Shown: positions 39,601 to 53,471 of the stretch, in pieces | How positions within the stretch are numbered: the stretch's first letter is position 1 | How the letters are laid out: the number at the start of each line of letters is the position of its first letter | Notes under the pieces: generated by a model | What the model was told of the DNA's origin: nothing | Databases searched by the model: none | What the model saw: only the letters and a program-made list of their open reading frames with translations | From: Rhina ancylostomus | Lineage: Eukaryota | Direction of reading: 5' to 3' | DNA: 64,000 nt | NCBI GenBank assembly: GCA_030265395.1 | Contig: JARFYF010000012.1 | Span: 19,910,046 to 19,974,045, forward strand | Position numbers and translations under genes: made by a program

Positions 39601-42114
39601 GGATGGACCATTATTGTCATTTTTTATCATGATTACACTACAGATTCTATTTTAGTTTTTGTAGATCTCAGTTTTTCCAAGGACACCATCTTACTACCAT
39701 CACTTACATGCTTTCTACAACACGAGGGAAGATGGTGAGAATATAGACATCTGTGCACTCACTTACTTTCACTGTGCCAAACAAAACCACAGTTGGATCA
39801 CACACTAATGCAACTCACTCCACTTCTAATCCAATCTATTGTCCAAACATTTCCAGTCCTCAGCATGCATTCACCTTTGTCTCCTCCTTAGTGCCAAATA
39901 TTCTCCTCCAATACATCCCTGAATGGTGTTGGCTCACTCAACAGAGAACAGCAATGAAGTAGAAATTTTCCTGGTCTAAATGACTCAATCCCCTGCTGAG
40001 CTTTTCAGAGAGTCAAACAATGGTGGTAGAATTGTAACATCTCTGATTTGGGTTCTCTTTGCCTCTTCATTAACCAACTTAAAAATAGTGACAAGTAACT
40101 TTATTGGCCTGTATGCATTTCTATAGGTTTTCAGCCATTATTTTCCAATTGCAATTAAAGACAGTAATAAAGCAAGTATAAATAGAAATGCCATGTATTA
40201 AAATGTGTTGAGGGACTCTTGGAGTGGTTCTGCCATTTTTATTTTGATTTCAGAAGTATATTCTAATTTGAAAATTTGTAATGGTACATTACAGTATAAG
40301 GCAAATGTCACAATTCACAATAACACAGCATAATTAAACTAAATGCAGTCCATGGCATTCTCTCTTTTTAGAATGCTGACTAGACTTACTTTATTATAAC
40401 AGTGAACATTAAGCTCATACTTACTGTCTCAGTTTTCAATTGTCCAGTTGCTCTAAATGGTAGCATTTCCAAGTGAGCCTCTTTTGTGGTTTCACCAAGC
40501 TTCAGTGCAGCCAACAGTAGTCCTACTGATGTGCTGCTCTGTACTATATTCTTATGCTGGAAGACCAGGAAGTTTCAGCCATATGAAAGGGAAGCTTTCA
40601 TTAATGTGATAGCCTTCCAATGCACAGCTGATGTTTGTTTAGCTTTGTCTCTCTCAGAATACTCCATTGGAGAATGAGTCCTGTGTCACACAGCTGCATG
40701 AGATGAAACTTGGGGAAATAAAATACTCCATCTATTTCAAAACTTTCTTTGTAAATGCAACTGAGAATGATGTGTGATGATCTCTTCTTCACTGGTCCTA
40801 CCCTGAAGACAACTTGCATTGGCATGGAGGCAATGGGATATATAAAAACATCTGTCATGAACATCAACAATCCAAACTATTGAAGTGCTTCATTGAAAGA
40901 TCTGGTGATGATGAGCTCTGCCAAATGGGTTTGATACTTCTAGTAGGATTTTTCTGAATGGATTTGAAAATGTTATGCACAGACTGCTGCCTGATGGCTT
41001 TGTGCCCAGAATGTGTTGTTCCGTACAAACTTTTCCATTAAAGACAGGTGGCTTGATGCAATCCATGCAAATGGAATGTAGCGTGACAAGACCAGACCCA
41101 TCATTTGCAAAATCAGAGGAATGTTGAGACTTAGCACATATTGGCATTTGGTGTTTCCTTACCAAGGGTTATGAACAGGTCGATGCATGTGCAAACAAAT
41201 GTGACCAATTGGATGAGGATGAGGTCAGGCACATTTTGCCTTGTTCATTTCAGACATGATCTTTCAGACTTCAAATAAAGTGGAAGATGCATTTTTTATC
41301 CACCAGTACAGAGTAAACTATGTACAACACCTGGGTTGTGAACAGCATTGCAGCTTGATGTTCTGAATGGGAATGCATTTACCAATAGCATTACCAAGAA
41401 CAACAGAACTTCAACAGGACAATCCAATGACCAACAAATATCATTGCTAACAAAAGGGTTATTTGAGCTTGAGTTCTAGCTCACATGCAATGGTCTGAAC
41501 ATTCTGCTCCATGTAACTGACTAGTGTAATTCTATGTAGGAACGGTTAGGGGCCAATATAAGAGGAATATTGTGTTGTGGGGATGTATTTTTTCATGAAA
41601 AACACTTCACAATTTTTAACTATGCAATATTATAATAAAGATATATAAATTGTGCATAAATATCTAAATTGCTGACCAGAACAATGCATAAATTTGTATT
41701 TATTTATTTATTATTAAAATACCCAAGCTGTTTTTGACAGTAGCTTAAAAAATAGTTAGAAAACATACTTCAAGAATCAAGTGCATTACTTTGATAAAAT
41801 ACCACGTGAAATGGTTTATGGCAATCTGGAAATATTCATTGCAGACATCTTATTACATTGGTGGAAGGGAAGCGAATTGGGGAGAGGAGGCATTGGTTAA
41901 GGTTGTTGATGTGAGTTAAAGTGAAGATTTTTTAGACTCAATCATCTGTGTGTAATTTTCTTGGTGAGATTCAATCCTAGAACCTTGCATATACAATGAA
42001 CATTTAGCGACAGGTCAAGGGATTAAGATCATGATTTAGTAAATGGAAAAAAGCAAAATTCTTTAACATTGACTGATGTCCTTGAGGTAATGGTAGTTTG
42101 CCAAATAGTCCATG

Positions 42115-42358
42115 TCCATAAGACAATAAGACATAGGAACAGAATTAGGTCGTTCAGCCCATTGAGTCTGCTCCACTATTCGATCATGGCTGATTTAGCT
42201 CAACCACATTCTCCTGCCTTCTCCCCATAACCCTTGGCGCCCTTACTAGTCAAGAACCCATCAACTGCCACTTTAAATACACTCAATGACTTGGCCTCCA
42301 CAGCCGTCTGTGGCAATGAATTCCACAGATGCAACATCCTCTGGCTAAAGAAATTCCT
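42115..42358 (-). mobile_element. CR1 LINE 3' end, runs into gap
   Basis: cataagacaataagacataggaacagaattagg tail; shares ttggcctccacagccgtctg...ctctggctaaagaa with ~7140-7205. Confidence 0.85.
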
Positions 42359-45174
42359 NNNNNNNNNNNNNNNNNNNNNNNNNNNNNNNNNNNNNNNNNN
42401 NNNNNNNNNNNNNNNNNNNNNNNNNNNNNNNNNNNNNNNNNNNNNNNNNNNNNNNNNNNNNNNNNNNNNNNNNNNNNNNNNNNNNNNNNNNNNNNNNNNN
42501 NNNNNNNNNNNNNNNNNNNNNNNNNNNNNNNNNNNNNNNNNNNNNNNNNNNNNNNNNNNNNNNNNNNNNNNNNNNNNNNNNNNNNNNNNNNNNNNNNNNN
42601 NNNNNNNNNNNNNNNNNNNNNNNNNNNNNNNNNNNNNNNNNNNNNNNNNNNNNNNNNNNNNNNNNNNNNNNNNNNNNNNNNNNNNNNNNNNNNNNNNNNN
42701 NNNNNNNNNNNNNNNNNNNNNNNNNNNNNNNNNNNNNNNNNNNNNNNNNNNNNNNNNNNNNNNNNNNNNNNNNNNNNNNNNNNNNNNNNNNNNNNNNNNN
42801 NNNNNNNNNNNNNNNNNNNNNNNNNNNNNNNNNNNNNNNNNNNNNNNNNNNNNNNNNNNNNNNNNNNNNNNNNNNNNNNNNNNNNNNNNNNNNNNNNNNN
42901 NNNNNNNNNNNNNNNNNNNNNNNNNNNNNNNNNNNNNNNNNNNNNNNNNNNNNNNNNNNNNNNNNNNNNNNNNNNNNNNNNNNNNNNNNNNNNNNNNNNN
43001 NNNNNNNNNNNNNNNNNNNNNNNNNNNNNNNNNNNNNNNNNNNNNNNNNNNNNNNNNNNNNNNNNNNNNNNNNNNNNNNNNNNNNNNNNNNNNNNNNNNN
43101 NAACAAAATGTACAGTTATTTTCAGAGCTGTTTCCTAATCAGCACAAGCAGCAGCTAAGCAAGGCAAACTGAATTCTGCCTAGCCACTATCCTGTTAACA
43201 TCATTACCTGTAGCACTTAAATGGACCCTTAAAGGAATAATTTATACTATATTGGCCAAACTGCACTATTGTTGAAGCAGAGTAAACATTCAATGTCGAG
43301 GGGAACTGATTGAATATCTGCAGAACAAAATGGGATTGAATGTTGCTAGTTTAAATTTAGACTTGCAGGTGAGATAGTTTCTGTGACATTCTAATTCTGA
43401 TCCAGCTTGATTAGTCAAGTGGTGAACTAGTAATGGTGTAATTAGTAATGGTGAACTTTGAAAAAGTTCCACACCACTGTTCAATGTTCTTGGTAGATCA
43501 GTCTAGATGGGCTGAATGGCCTTGTTCCATTTTAAATTTACATGCTAGTAAAGAAAACAATTATAGAGTGTGATTGTTAAAGTACCCATTGTAAAAAAAG
43601 ATTAAATTCCAAATTAGTAATGTATAATTTACTTTATTCTTAACAGAAATAACTTCCAGTAACACTGCCCCAAAAGCTTTCAAAACTTCTTTAAACTACA
43701 ATCTCCCTTCACCTTTGTATTTAAAAAAGTTTTGAATGGCACAGATTAGATTTTAAAATCGATAGGCATTACACTTGTTTCATAAGCAAATATAATCCAT
43801 AAAATAAGCATACAATGCTAAACTGTAAAGAAACAATGTGTGGTTGTCCTCTAATTAACTAAAGATGGCCGTAAGACCTTGTAACCTTAAATGGATAATC
43901 TAAATTACACACACCACACTTTGACAGGACAAAAATAAGTACTATGTTCTAGAGTTCCCATCTAGAACAGCATATCCTTTGACTGACAGTGAACGTCACC
44001 ATGGAAAACTTGCTGGTTCTTTAATAAAGTCAAGTAAATCAAACAAAACTTAAAATTCCTAAAACTTTAAATATCATATTTCTTCTGCAGCAAATTTGGC
44101 ATAATATTTCACACTGTGACAGGTTAAATGATCACTTTCATTAATAAGAAGTTTTAAATATGATAAAGAATACAGCATTTTGGTCATTATTATATTCAGG
44201 ACTAATATGAAATGACTCTGCTGATGACAGCTAATGATGAAGTGGTTGAGGAACATCAGTATTTTAGTTTCTTGTGCTGCCAAGAGAGATTAGGTTGAAG
44301 CAAAGTTGTTAACTCTTCTAAAGTACTGCTATAAGATGAAACCCCTCTCTACCGTTAAAGCAATTTTACTTTAGCATAAAGCATCTTAAAAATGGAAGCC
44401 ATTTTAAAAAAATATAAATAAATATTCCTTAAAAAGCCTCCTTAGAAAATTCTTTTGGCTTTTGGTTATTTTATATCCTTTAAAAAAAATCCACCCATAC
44501 CATGTACCACGGGCAGTTGACAAGCTCACTCCTTATGTTACTGTGTAATAGCCATTGGAGGTTCATGTGAGCATTCAGGGGTAAATCACTGTTTCAAAGC
44601 TCCTTTCTCTGAGAATCCAGCCCCACTGCCTGATGGCTTGAGTTCAGCAACTAAAAAGCATGCAGAATTCCAGCTTCAATTCCATATACTTTGGCTGGCT
44701 TTTAAGATACTTTTTCATTAAAAGAATAAGATCAATACCAAAGCCTGTCTCTTCTCACTATTGGCTACACTTATAAACACAATTGAGTTGCTTGTCATCG
44801 TTCCCATGGCATTCAAGACCAACATACATGAAACTACCTTCAGGTCTCTGTTTTAAAGTAAATGTAGGGACAGATTCTTTCTCTATCAGCATAAATGTCT
44901 GGATGTTCGAAATGTCCTTAAGAATAATAGTAACAAACTCATTAAAAAGGCTGGGTAATGCACAGAGGTGGTGTCACAGTTTGTAACCCCTCAGCAAACA
45001 TAAAAGCACTCCAGCTGTATATGGCCTATTGCTTTCTGGAACACAGCAGCACCATGAGGCTCCTAGAAAATTAAATGATTCTGGGCATTGATATTTTTCC
45101 TTATTCCACCTGGAAAATGCTCTGTAGAGAGGAAAACAGTGAATACTCTTTATATTAGACCTCTTTCCCAGTCT

Positions 45175-45775
45175 TAAAGCAAGGATGTAATACGGAGGCT
45201 TTACAAGGCGTTGGTCAGACCACATTTGGAGTATTGGGCCCCATATCTAAGAATAGATGTGCTGGTATTGGAGAGGCTCCAGAGGACNNNNNNNNNNNNN
45301 NNNNNNNNNNNNNNNNNNNNNNNNNNNNNNNNNNNNNNNNNNNNNNNNNNNNNNNNNNNNNNNNNNNNNNNNNNNNNNNNNNNNNNNNNNNNNNNNNNNN
45401 NNNNNNNNNNNNNNNNNNNNNNNNNNNNNNNNNNNNNNNNNNNNNNNNNNNNNNNNNNNNNNNNNNNNNNNNNNNNNNNNNNNNNNNNNNNNNNNNNNNN
45501 NNNNNNNNNNNNNNNNNNNNNNNNNNNNNNNNNNNNNNNNNNNNNNNNNNNNNNNNNNNNNNNNNNNNNNNNNNNNNNNNNNNNNNNNNNNNNNNNNNNN
45601 NNNNNNNNNNNNNNNNNNNNNNNNNNNNNNNNNNNNNNNNNNNNNNNNNTCAAAAGTTAAGGGGAGAAGGCAGGAGAATGGGGTTGAGTGGGAAAACTAA
45701 ATCAACCATGATCAAATAGTGGAACAGCCTCACGGCCAAATGGCCTAATTCTGCTCCTATGTCTTATGGTCTTAT
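45175..45775 (+). mobile_element. 5'-truncated CR1 LINE spanning a gap
   Basis: [34 protein letters not shown] (CR1 ORF2 C-terminus); ends tcctatgtcttatggtcttat. Confidence 0.9.
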
Positions 45776-46144
45776 TGCCAGGGATTCCACCAAAAGTCCT
45801 ACGTAAAATAGGAGAAGAAAGGGAGCAGACTGAATCTGCCGATTCAATTTCTATTGATGTAATCCAGTTTAGGAAGTCACTAGTGGGACTCCTCCCTGAC
45901 TCCTCCTCTGATCAGAGATTCCGAAGAGGCCAGATAGAAGGTCAAAGAGACCAGACAGCTTTGTGGCCTACTTCCTTTGGAAGATGCATTGTGATTTCTG
46001 GGCCTGCAAATCTGGGCACTGTTCTTTCCAGTGTCCTGGCATTCCTGTGCACGCTGCTATATCCCATAACAAGACCATTGAGGGGATTGGCCTATGTCAC
46101 ATTATGTGAATGATTCATCCCTCTAAGACCAGATTTACCTGGAC

Positions 46145-46665
46145 TAGTTGCATTATGGCCTGGTATGGCACAGGAATGCAATAAGCTGCAGAGAGTTGTG
46201 GACACAGCCCAGTGCACCATTGACAGCATCCACAGGAGGTAGAGCAGAAGGTGGCATCTATCATCAAGGATCCCCACCATCTGGCTCATGCCCTCTTCTC
46301 ACTGATACCATCAGGCAGGAGGTTCAGAAGCCTGAAGTCCCACACCACCAGGTTCAGGAANNNNNNNNNNTCCTACAACCATCAGGTTTTTGAACCTACC
46401 TGCACAACCCTACCCCGAACTCAGCAATGGAACACTACTGACCACTTCTTGCACTACCATGGACTTGTCTCTGATTGTCTCTTTGTTTTCTTGTACTAAA
46501 GTCTTGCTTTTGCACACTTTTCCCCCCACTGTATGGGATAGTTCTATGCACAATTTATATTCCGTGTATTGTCTGTACCTACGTACCTGTGATGCTGCTG
46601 CAAGTTTTTCATTGTACCTGTTCCTCATCATACCTGTGCACATGACAATAAATTTGACTTGCCTT
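46145..46665 (+). mobile_element. Rex1/Babar LINE 3' fragment
   Basis: IIKDPHHLAHALFSLIPSGRRFRSLKSHTTRFR plus upstream AWYG and KLQRVV; tail atgacaataaatttgacttg. Confidence 0.85.
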
Positions 46666-48554
46666 GACCTTGATAGGCAGTTAATTGTGCAGTTAAAGTA
46701 TCTGAAGTGCATTTTTATAACCACAGAAATTAGTCACTCAATGAACTTCAAACACTTTCAGGCATGCCAATTTCTGATAATCATTAGCCCTTCTGAAGTA
46801 ACTGATAATGGTTCATATTATAAAACCACTGGCATTCTATAAATACACCAGTAGTGCTGTTTAACTCGCCAAAGAATTTATCAAGATTAGAGAGCTTTTC
46901 TTTGTTCTACTTAACAATACAGGTCTACCACCATATTTTGAATTATAACCCAAAAAGTAAAGACAAGATGGAAAAAAATTAGTGGGAAGAAGAACTAATC
47001 AGAAAAATGAACAGTATTTTTGCACATTGGACCATCAATTAAAATCTATGCATATTTTAAGAGCTAGAAAAGTTAAAATCCTCATAAGGAAACATGTCTT
47101 CATTAGTAATTTTAGCAAAAGCTTCACTTTTTAAATAAACTGCAATTAGCAGTTTCTGGCTTCTTATTCCTTCAGATGGTTCACGTCTGCTCTGAATTGC
47201 TGCAGACATTTTGGCTCTACAGGATGCAAAGGCAGGACAATTAAAAAGGTGGAAGAGATTCTCCAAGGAATTGCTATGCACATTTAGTAAAACCACAAAA
47301 TGGTTTAGTGTTTGCAGCACAAGTACAAATGACCTTCAAACTAATCGATGTATTTAAATACAAATTACCAGTTATCTTTGAAAATTATATTCATAAAGTT
47401 TGATAAGAATCCATAACCTGTAATCTCTGATTGCTACAGAATAGAAGGCTTCTAAAGAACAAACATCTCCTGTGACATTACTCAGAATATGAGAATCTTT
47501 AGTCATAAATGTACCACTATTTTGTCTCACTTAAGAAAATTTACAGCTGGTTACTGTAACAAATGCTTCTAAAGTGGCAAGCACCTCACTAAGTAGCCAC
47601 CTTAATCCACACTCTCTTTTCAACAGTGTCAGTTAGCCCAGTGTTTGTGATTCTACGGCTTGTTCCCATGACCAGCAGAATATTTTTTTAACCTCACCTA
47701 ACATCAATCAGGAAGGCAGCTAGGGAAACAAAGTTCTGTCAAGGCACCATGAGGGGGAGGGAACATTCAGACTGTGAAGGTAAATGGAGCACTAGGGATA
47801 TGGGATAACAGAGAGGGGTTAACAAGAAACATTGGGAAGTGGAAGCAGGGGGAGTTGTTGTGGGAAGATGCTTTGAAAATTATTGCCCTTTCTTGTTCAT
47901 GACCAATCTGGCACATGGTCAGTCTCTTCCCCCTTCTTTACTCACCCAAACCACCTCTGGCTCAAAGTCGCCTGATATGTTGGACTCTTGCACTCTTTGT
48001 TGAGTTATGTCCATCTACAGACAGCAAATTCTGCAAAGGTGTTAATAATAGCAAAAAAAAAGTGAGCTTCAGGGCAGTGACGGAGAATATGGACTGTTGT
48101 GTCAGAATGGCAAGTTCTATGAAATCCTCAGGTTGGTTTGAGGAACATCCAGAGAAACTCAGTAGAAAACAATAGGGTTTGAAATTTTAAAAAAAGCAAT
48201 GTCTAATTATGCTTTTCAGGGTCTCTCATGAACACAGATTAATTTCAATTTCAGAGGCACGGTCAACTTCAGGTCCACAGAAGTTAGGCTTCAGAAGGCA
48301 AAACTCAACAGATGTTTCTTTTTACATGTTGGTTCAATCCAAACATGTTCAATTTTTGTTCACAAATTCTTGCATTATAAATTTATTAATAGAAGGACAG
48401 TTGAGAAAGCTCTTCATTGATTCATTCATACTTGCTACATTTTCAGTTATGATTTATGATGGCTTTATGAATATGAATTTTAAGTCAATCAAGTACAATT
48501 ATGGATACTTTAATATTAAAGATGACACCAGATATCTGGCGAAACAATGACCTG

Positions 48555-49255
48555 TAATACCTTTAAGGCAGTAAAGTGCTCCAAAGAGCTTCACAAGAGA
48601 ATTGTTTGACACAAGGAAATATTGGAGTAGATGAGGTGATCAAAGAATTAAGTACAGAGGAGACAGAAGCAGGGAGGTGGAGAGGTTGACGGAGGAACTT
48701 CCAGACCTTAGCAACTGAAGCCTGGTGCCAGTGGTGGGAGACTTCCAGGACACCAGAACTGGAGGAATGTAAAATCTTGGAAGTCTTTAAAGGAGTGAAG
48801 ATTACAGAGATGGAGAAATGAGGCCATGGAGAAATTCAAAAATAAGGAAGAGAATTTTAATATCATGGTGCTGCTTAACCAAGGCCAGCAAACATGGGGT
48901 GACCTTGAATGGCACTATGCAAGTGAAGACATGGGCAGCACATTTTGGTTAACCTCAGGTTTATTCAGGGTAATACGAGGGAGGCAGATTGAGCAGAGGC
49001 AGTCATGTAGTGTAGTAGAAGTGGAAATATATGACGCCAAGGTTGTGAAGAGTCTGGTTCAACCTAGGCAGTTGATGGGGAATGGGTTGCAGCCAGTGGC
49101 TAGGAGATAGATTTTGTAAGGCGGCTGAAAGTAATGGCTTTGTTCTTCTCAATTTTAAGTTGGAGGAAATGTTTGCTTCTTCACTTCTGGATGTTGGACT
49201 GGTCAAGAGAGGTAGTGGTGAAGAGGAGCTGAATGTCATCAGTGCACTGATGTCA
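48555..49255 (-). mobile_element. L2 LINE 3' fragment
   Basis: Reverse of ggagctgaatgtcatcagtgca reads TDDIQL (cf. ADDTQL); gattacagagatggaga..gaggccatggag is typical L2. Confidence 0.7.
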
Positions 49256-49379
49256 AGAGATGCTGGACTATAAATTCAGTTGCGTCTAAAACCAGCACAG
49301 TGTGGATAACCCACATCCATTCGAGCAGGTCTCCATGTTTAGTGAATCATCCGTTGTAATTACTTTCATTTTGAATGAG

Positions 49380-50370
49380 AATCCCTGAGACACATCTTCC
49401 ATCTCTTTCCCTATCAGCATTCTGAACAGACTGTTCCTTTAGTGATTTCTTGGTCTACTCCCACCTCGAGCAATAACTCCTATTCGCCTGGCACTTTTCT
49501 ATGCAAACACCAGTCTTTTATGTCTTCCCTTCCCACTATAAAAGGGACTCAAACTGGCATTCCAGGTAAATGCAATTCCCTTGTATTTTTTTTCATATTT
49601 AGTTTCTCTGTGTGCTCAGTGCTCTTGATGTGGTCCTCTCCACAACTGGAAAAACCAAAGGTAGATTGGGTGATCACTCTGCGGAACACCTCCGTTCATT
49701 CTGCAAGGGTGATCCCCAGCTTCCAGTTACATGTCACTTGAATTCTCCATTGCATTCTCACTCTGACCTCTCAGTCTTTGATCTCCTACACTGTTCCAAT
49801 TAAGCCCTATGCAACCTTGAATAACAGTGCCTTATTTACGAAAGATGTAGCTCTTGGGGCTCAATATTGCATTCAAAAATTTCAGATAACCAGCCTTTCC
49901 TGTTTGTGTCAGAACCAACCAGCTCTGATGCAAGAACATCCACCTGTAAAGTTAACTTACATTTTTCTCTCCCCACAGATGCCACCTGATCTGTTGAGTC
50001 TTTCCAGCATTCTCTTTTAATTTCAGATTTCCAGCAACCACCATAATCTGCAGCTTACAGTTCTATTCATACTCCTCCATGCAAATCAGCTATGACTAAC
50101 ATGCATTCATCAGCCTCTTTGATGGCACCAACAATATTTCTGTTATCTGGACAACCTTGGTCTCCACCTTATTACAGATACTCTTTCTCCCCACCCTTCA
50201 CCTTCTCTGCAACTTAAAACAAACATGTCTTCTCACTCTTCCAGTTCAGATGCAAAGTCAATGACCTGAAATGTTATCAGTTTCTCCCTCCAAAGATGCT
50301 TCCTGATCTGCTGAACGTCTTCAGCATTTTCTGCTTTTATTTAAGCTTTTCAGTGTCAGCAGGTTTTTTT
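49380..50370 (+). mobile_element. Penelope-like element remnant (GIY-YIG plus two tandem tails)
   Basis: GKTKGRLGDHSAEHLRSFCKGDPQLPVTCHLNS in ORF 49612-49803; tails at ~49925-50040 and ~50240-50360. Confidence 0.85.
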
Positions 50371-50524
50371 TGGTCTTCGATTAAGTGCTGCTGTCATTTG
50401 AAATGGTTGCAAAGGAGATAGTGCAGGGCAGAGGATGGGTCAGCTCAGACACACACCTATATGTGGACATGCCAGTGAGAAGGATACTTGTCTTGTGTGC
50501 CAGAAGGTTCCAGGACAGTTCCTG

Positions 50525-50610
50525 ATCAGATATAAAGAGGACGTGGCAGCAGAAGTAAGTGGCACCATGGAACAGTGCAGGATGAAATGCCATGACCTCA
50601 CTTACTGCTT
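50525..50610 (+). mobile_element. Possible Harbinger Myb/SANT-like gene remnant
   Basis: EDVAAEVSGTMEQCRMKCHDL resembles the W.EVAA.VS...T..QCRKK..DL motif. Confidence 0.4.
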
Positions 50611-53471
50611 GGACCCTACAAACTAAAGCTGATCAGTGCAGTTTTGAAATGGCCACAGCAGCAGCACTTGCACTATGAAACTCACACATGGAGGCCCATG
50701 CGCACAGAAACCAATCCCACGCCAGAAGCCATGTCCCCAGCTTCCCACATACACCTCATGTTTACCACTTCTTCCCAAAGTCACTCAGCTCACCACACAC
50801 ACACAGAATATGTTTAGTCAGAATACCACCATGATAATTATGATATTCCTCCACTTTAACAATGAAATAAATGTTCTGTTCATTTTGAGGATAAGCAGTT
50901 ACCCATCCTTGGGCCACATTGTCTTTTCCAGCATGGCCTTGGGTGTAGCCTTCCACTGGAATCTGGACTCACAACACAAAGGGCTTTGTATTGTTAGTGG
51001 CCAGCTACAGCCATAGAATGGCATTGACAGTCAGTGAATCTCCACCCTTAGTGGTGGAGAAGGCTGTCACTGAAAATGAATATTTATGAATGTCATTTTA
51101 ATTCCCAGCTCTACTTCCTAGCCTAACAGCTGAGAAACCTGGTGGTGACACGAGAGACTTCACACACGCAACACACTAGATCAACCTCGTGAGGAAACAT
51201 TACAGCTGGAGGTTGCCTGAATGGCTCTAATAAAGTAGGTCAGGCCACAGGTTCTGTCACTTTCTCGCCATTGTGTGTGCTTGAAGCTTCTGCCATATGA
51301 CCATGTGGCAGCAAGCAAGTCCCATATTTTCCATAATTTCCTTTGAAATGTGTAAACTTTTCCAACTCTCAGTTACAGTGTCAATAAGACCCAAAATATA
51401 ACTTCATTTCTCCCAAAAACATTTTTAGTAAAATTCAATGCTCTGAGTGTCACCAAATACCATTGCAATTCAAGACATTTCCTAGCTCTCAATATCTTAA
51501 ACTATAGAATAATAACCTGGTTATATTTATTAATTTATGGCAAAAATCATGTGAAATAAGCATGTAATCAGGACAAGACCCACCATGGAGGTGAGTAACA
51601 ATTTAAGTATAAATTTCCCTATACTGTATTTCTATTTTGTAATCTATTTAGCATGTTCTGATAGAATTGTGGTAATGACAGCCATGGGAGCACCATGGTT
51701 ACAACAGTAACACCTCGTGGTTGCTATGCTATTTCATGGCCATAACAATGGTCCCACAGATAAAATAAAGGCTTTAAAATAACCTGAGATGCATTTGAAT
51801 CACAAATAGGATCAAAGTGTTCTCTTATAGAATTACACCCTTGTTGTTACCATCATCCACTAGTGGCTGCTCAGTCCATTTGTGGAATTGCAGGACGTGC
51901 CTTTGATCTGAATAGACCATCTGAATTTAATGATTAAAATTTGGGAAAAAAAAGTCCGCAGCCGAGCTGAAATTTTCAAATGGCAGACATTGTTACCCAC
52001 CACGTAACACATGAGAATCAGAAATATCATCCTGAACCATGCCATTTCCACTTCCCTCATCATTTACATAGCAACAGAGATGAAAATTAACTTAAAACCT
52101 TCCACATGGAAATGGAGTTTTCCACTGACAAGCTGTGTAAACAAAAGGCCTCTCTCCATCTCAAGGGCCCTCTTTATTCTGTATGAAAATTTCAGGTCTT
52201 TCTTTGCCCAAGAATTGTATAATTACAGAATTAGACCATTCAACCTGTTAAGACTGCTCTGGACCCTGGAGAGAGCAATTTACTTCCTTCATTCCCATAA
52301 TACTTCCCCCTATTTTTGCAATATTTCCAGTATTTATTCACCTTCCTTTTCAAGGCTGCTATTGTCCACATTTTCATCATCCTGACAAGCAGTACATTCT
52401 TATTCTGAACCGCTTAATACATAAAAGTTTTTCCTCATATTGCTTCTGGTCCTTTTGCCAAATGTATTGTTAGTTTCTTTGCCATGGCTCAATTGATAAG
52501 AGTTTTATGGCACTTCAAAGCATTAGGACCAATAATGAGATGAACTTCATTCCTTTTCCATTTTTGACAGGTCCAGCAGCCAAAACAGAGACAATTTGTT
52601 GAGCAGTAATTATTGCCTTGGTTCACCATTAAAAATTCACTTGGACCACATGCAAGATAGTGCAAGATTTTCAGGATACCTTAAGTGGAACTAGTTTGCA
52701 AGTAGCTCAAGTACATGTCAGTTCTTAGCAGCCTATTGAGGAATACCAAATCAGTGAGCAAATTTGGGACTTCACAAATGTGTGTGAATGCTGAAGTCGC
52801 TGTCAATTTCATGGAGTAATAACAACAAACACTGTCAGTTTCACTATTATCACTATCGCAAAATCCAGATGGTTGAAAACAGTCAGAATAAGCTGATCTC
52901 CTTATGTCCAGGGTGATCCACTTACTTTGTGGATAGTATGGGGGGCATGAGTTGCAGACAGGACTGTTTGCCAGAGGGAAAGGTCCCACATTCCACTTCA
53001 AAGTACTCAGTGAGGACTTCAAATGGAAAGTCTACAGCAAAAGGCCAATTGGTCTGCACAACAAATTGTTAAACACATTGTGAAGCTTGTCAGAAAACCC
53101 TGTATTTAATGGCAAGTGGAGAGAGAGCCCCAGCACAAAACTGGCACAGGACCTAAACCCAACATTTCTAGTGGGGAAGTATTGTCCAAATGCATTCACA
53201 CGTTTGTGTACTAAACCATGATGTGGCCAATTTTGAAATTTTCAGTACAGTTTAAACAACTGCCATCTGTGCACCAAATTAGTAGCTCAGACTGCTGACT
53301 TCAGAGCAGTGCATTTCAATTACAGGAATTCTTTGGGCATCAGAACAGGCCTTTGGTTTACTAGTTCCTTTCCAGGGAAAAGGTAGTGGTATGAGGAGCA
53401 GATTCTGTTGTCCTGTACCAAATGTCAGCGTTTGTGCTCACACCACCATAACTCTGCCAGTGTGTCCTTGG

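Noticed and set aside
42234-43172. Long ORFs here and at 45201-45719 and 57864-58444
   Set aside because: Composed almost entirely of N-gap translations.
43945-43969. 9-bp inverted repeat tgttctaga...tctagaaca
   Set aside because: Short enough to occur by chance in 64 kb of AT-rich DNA.
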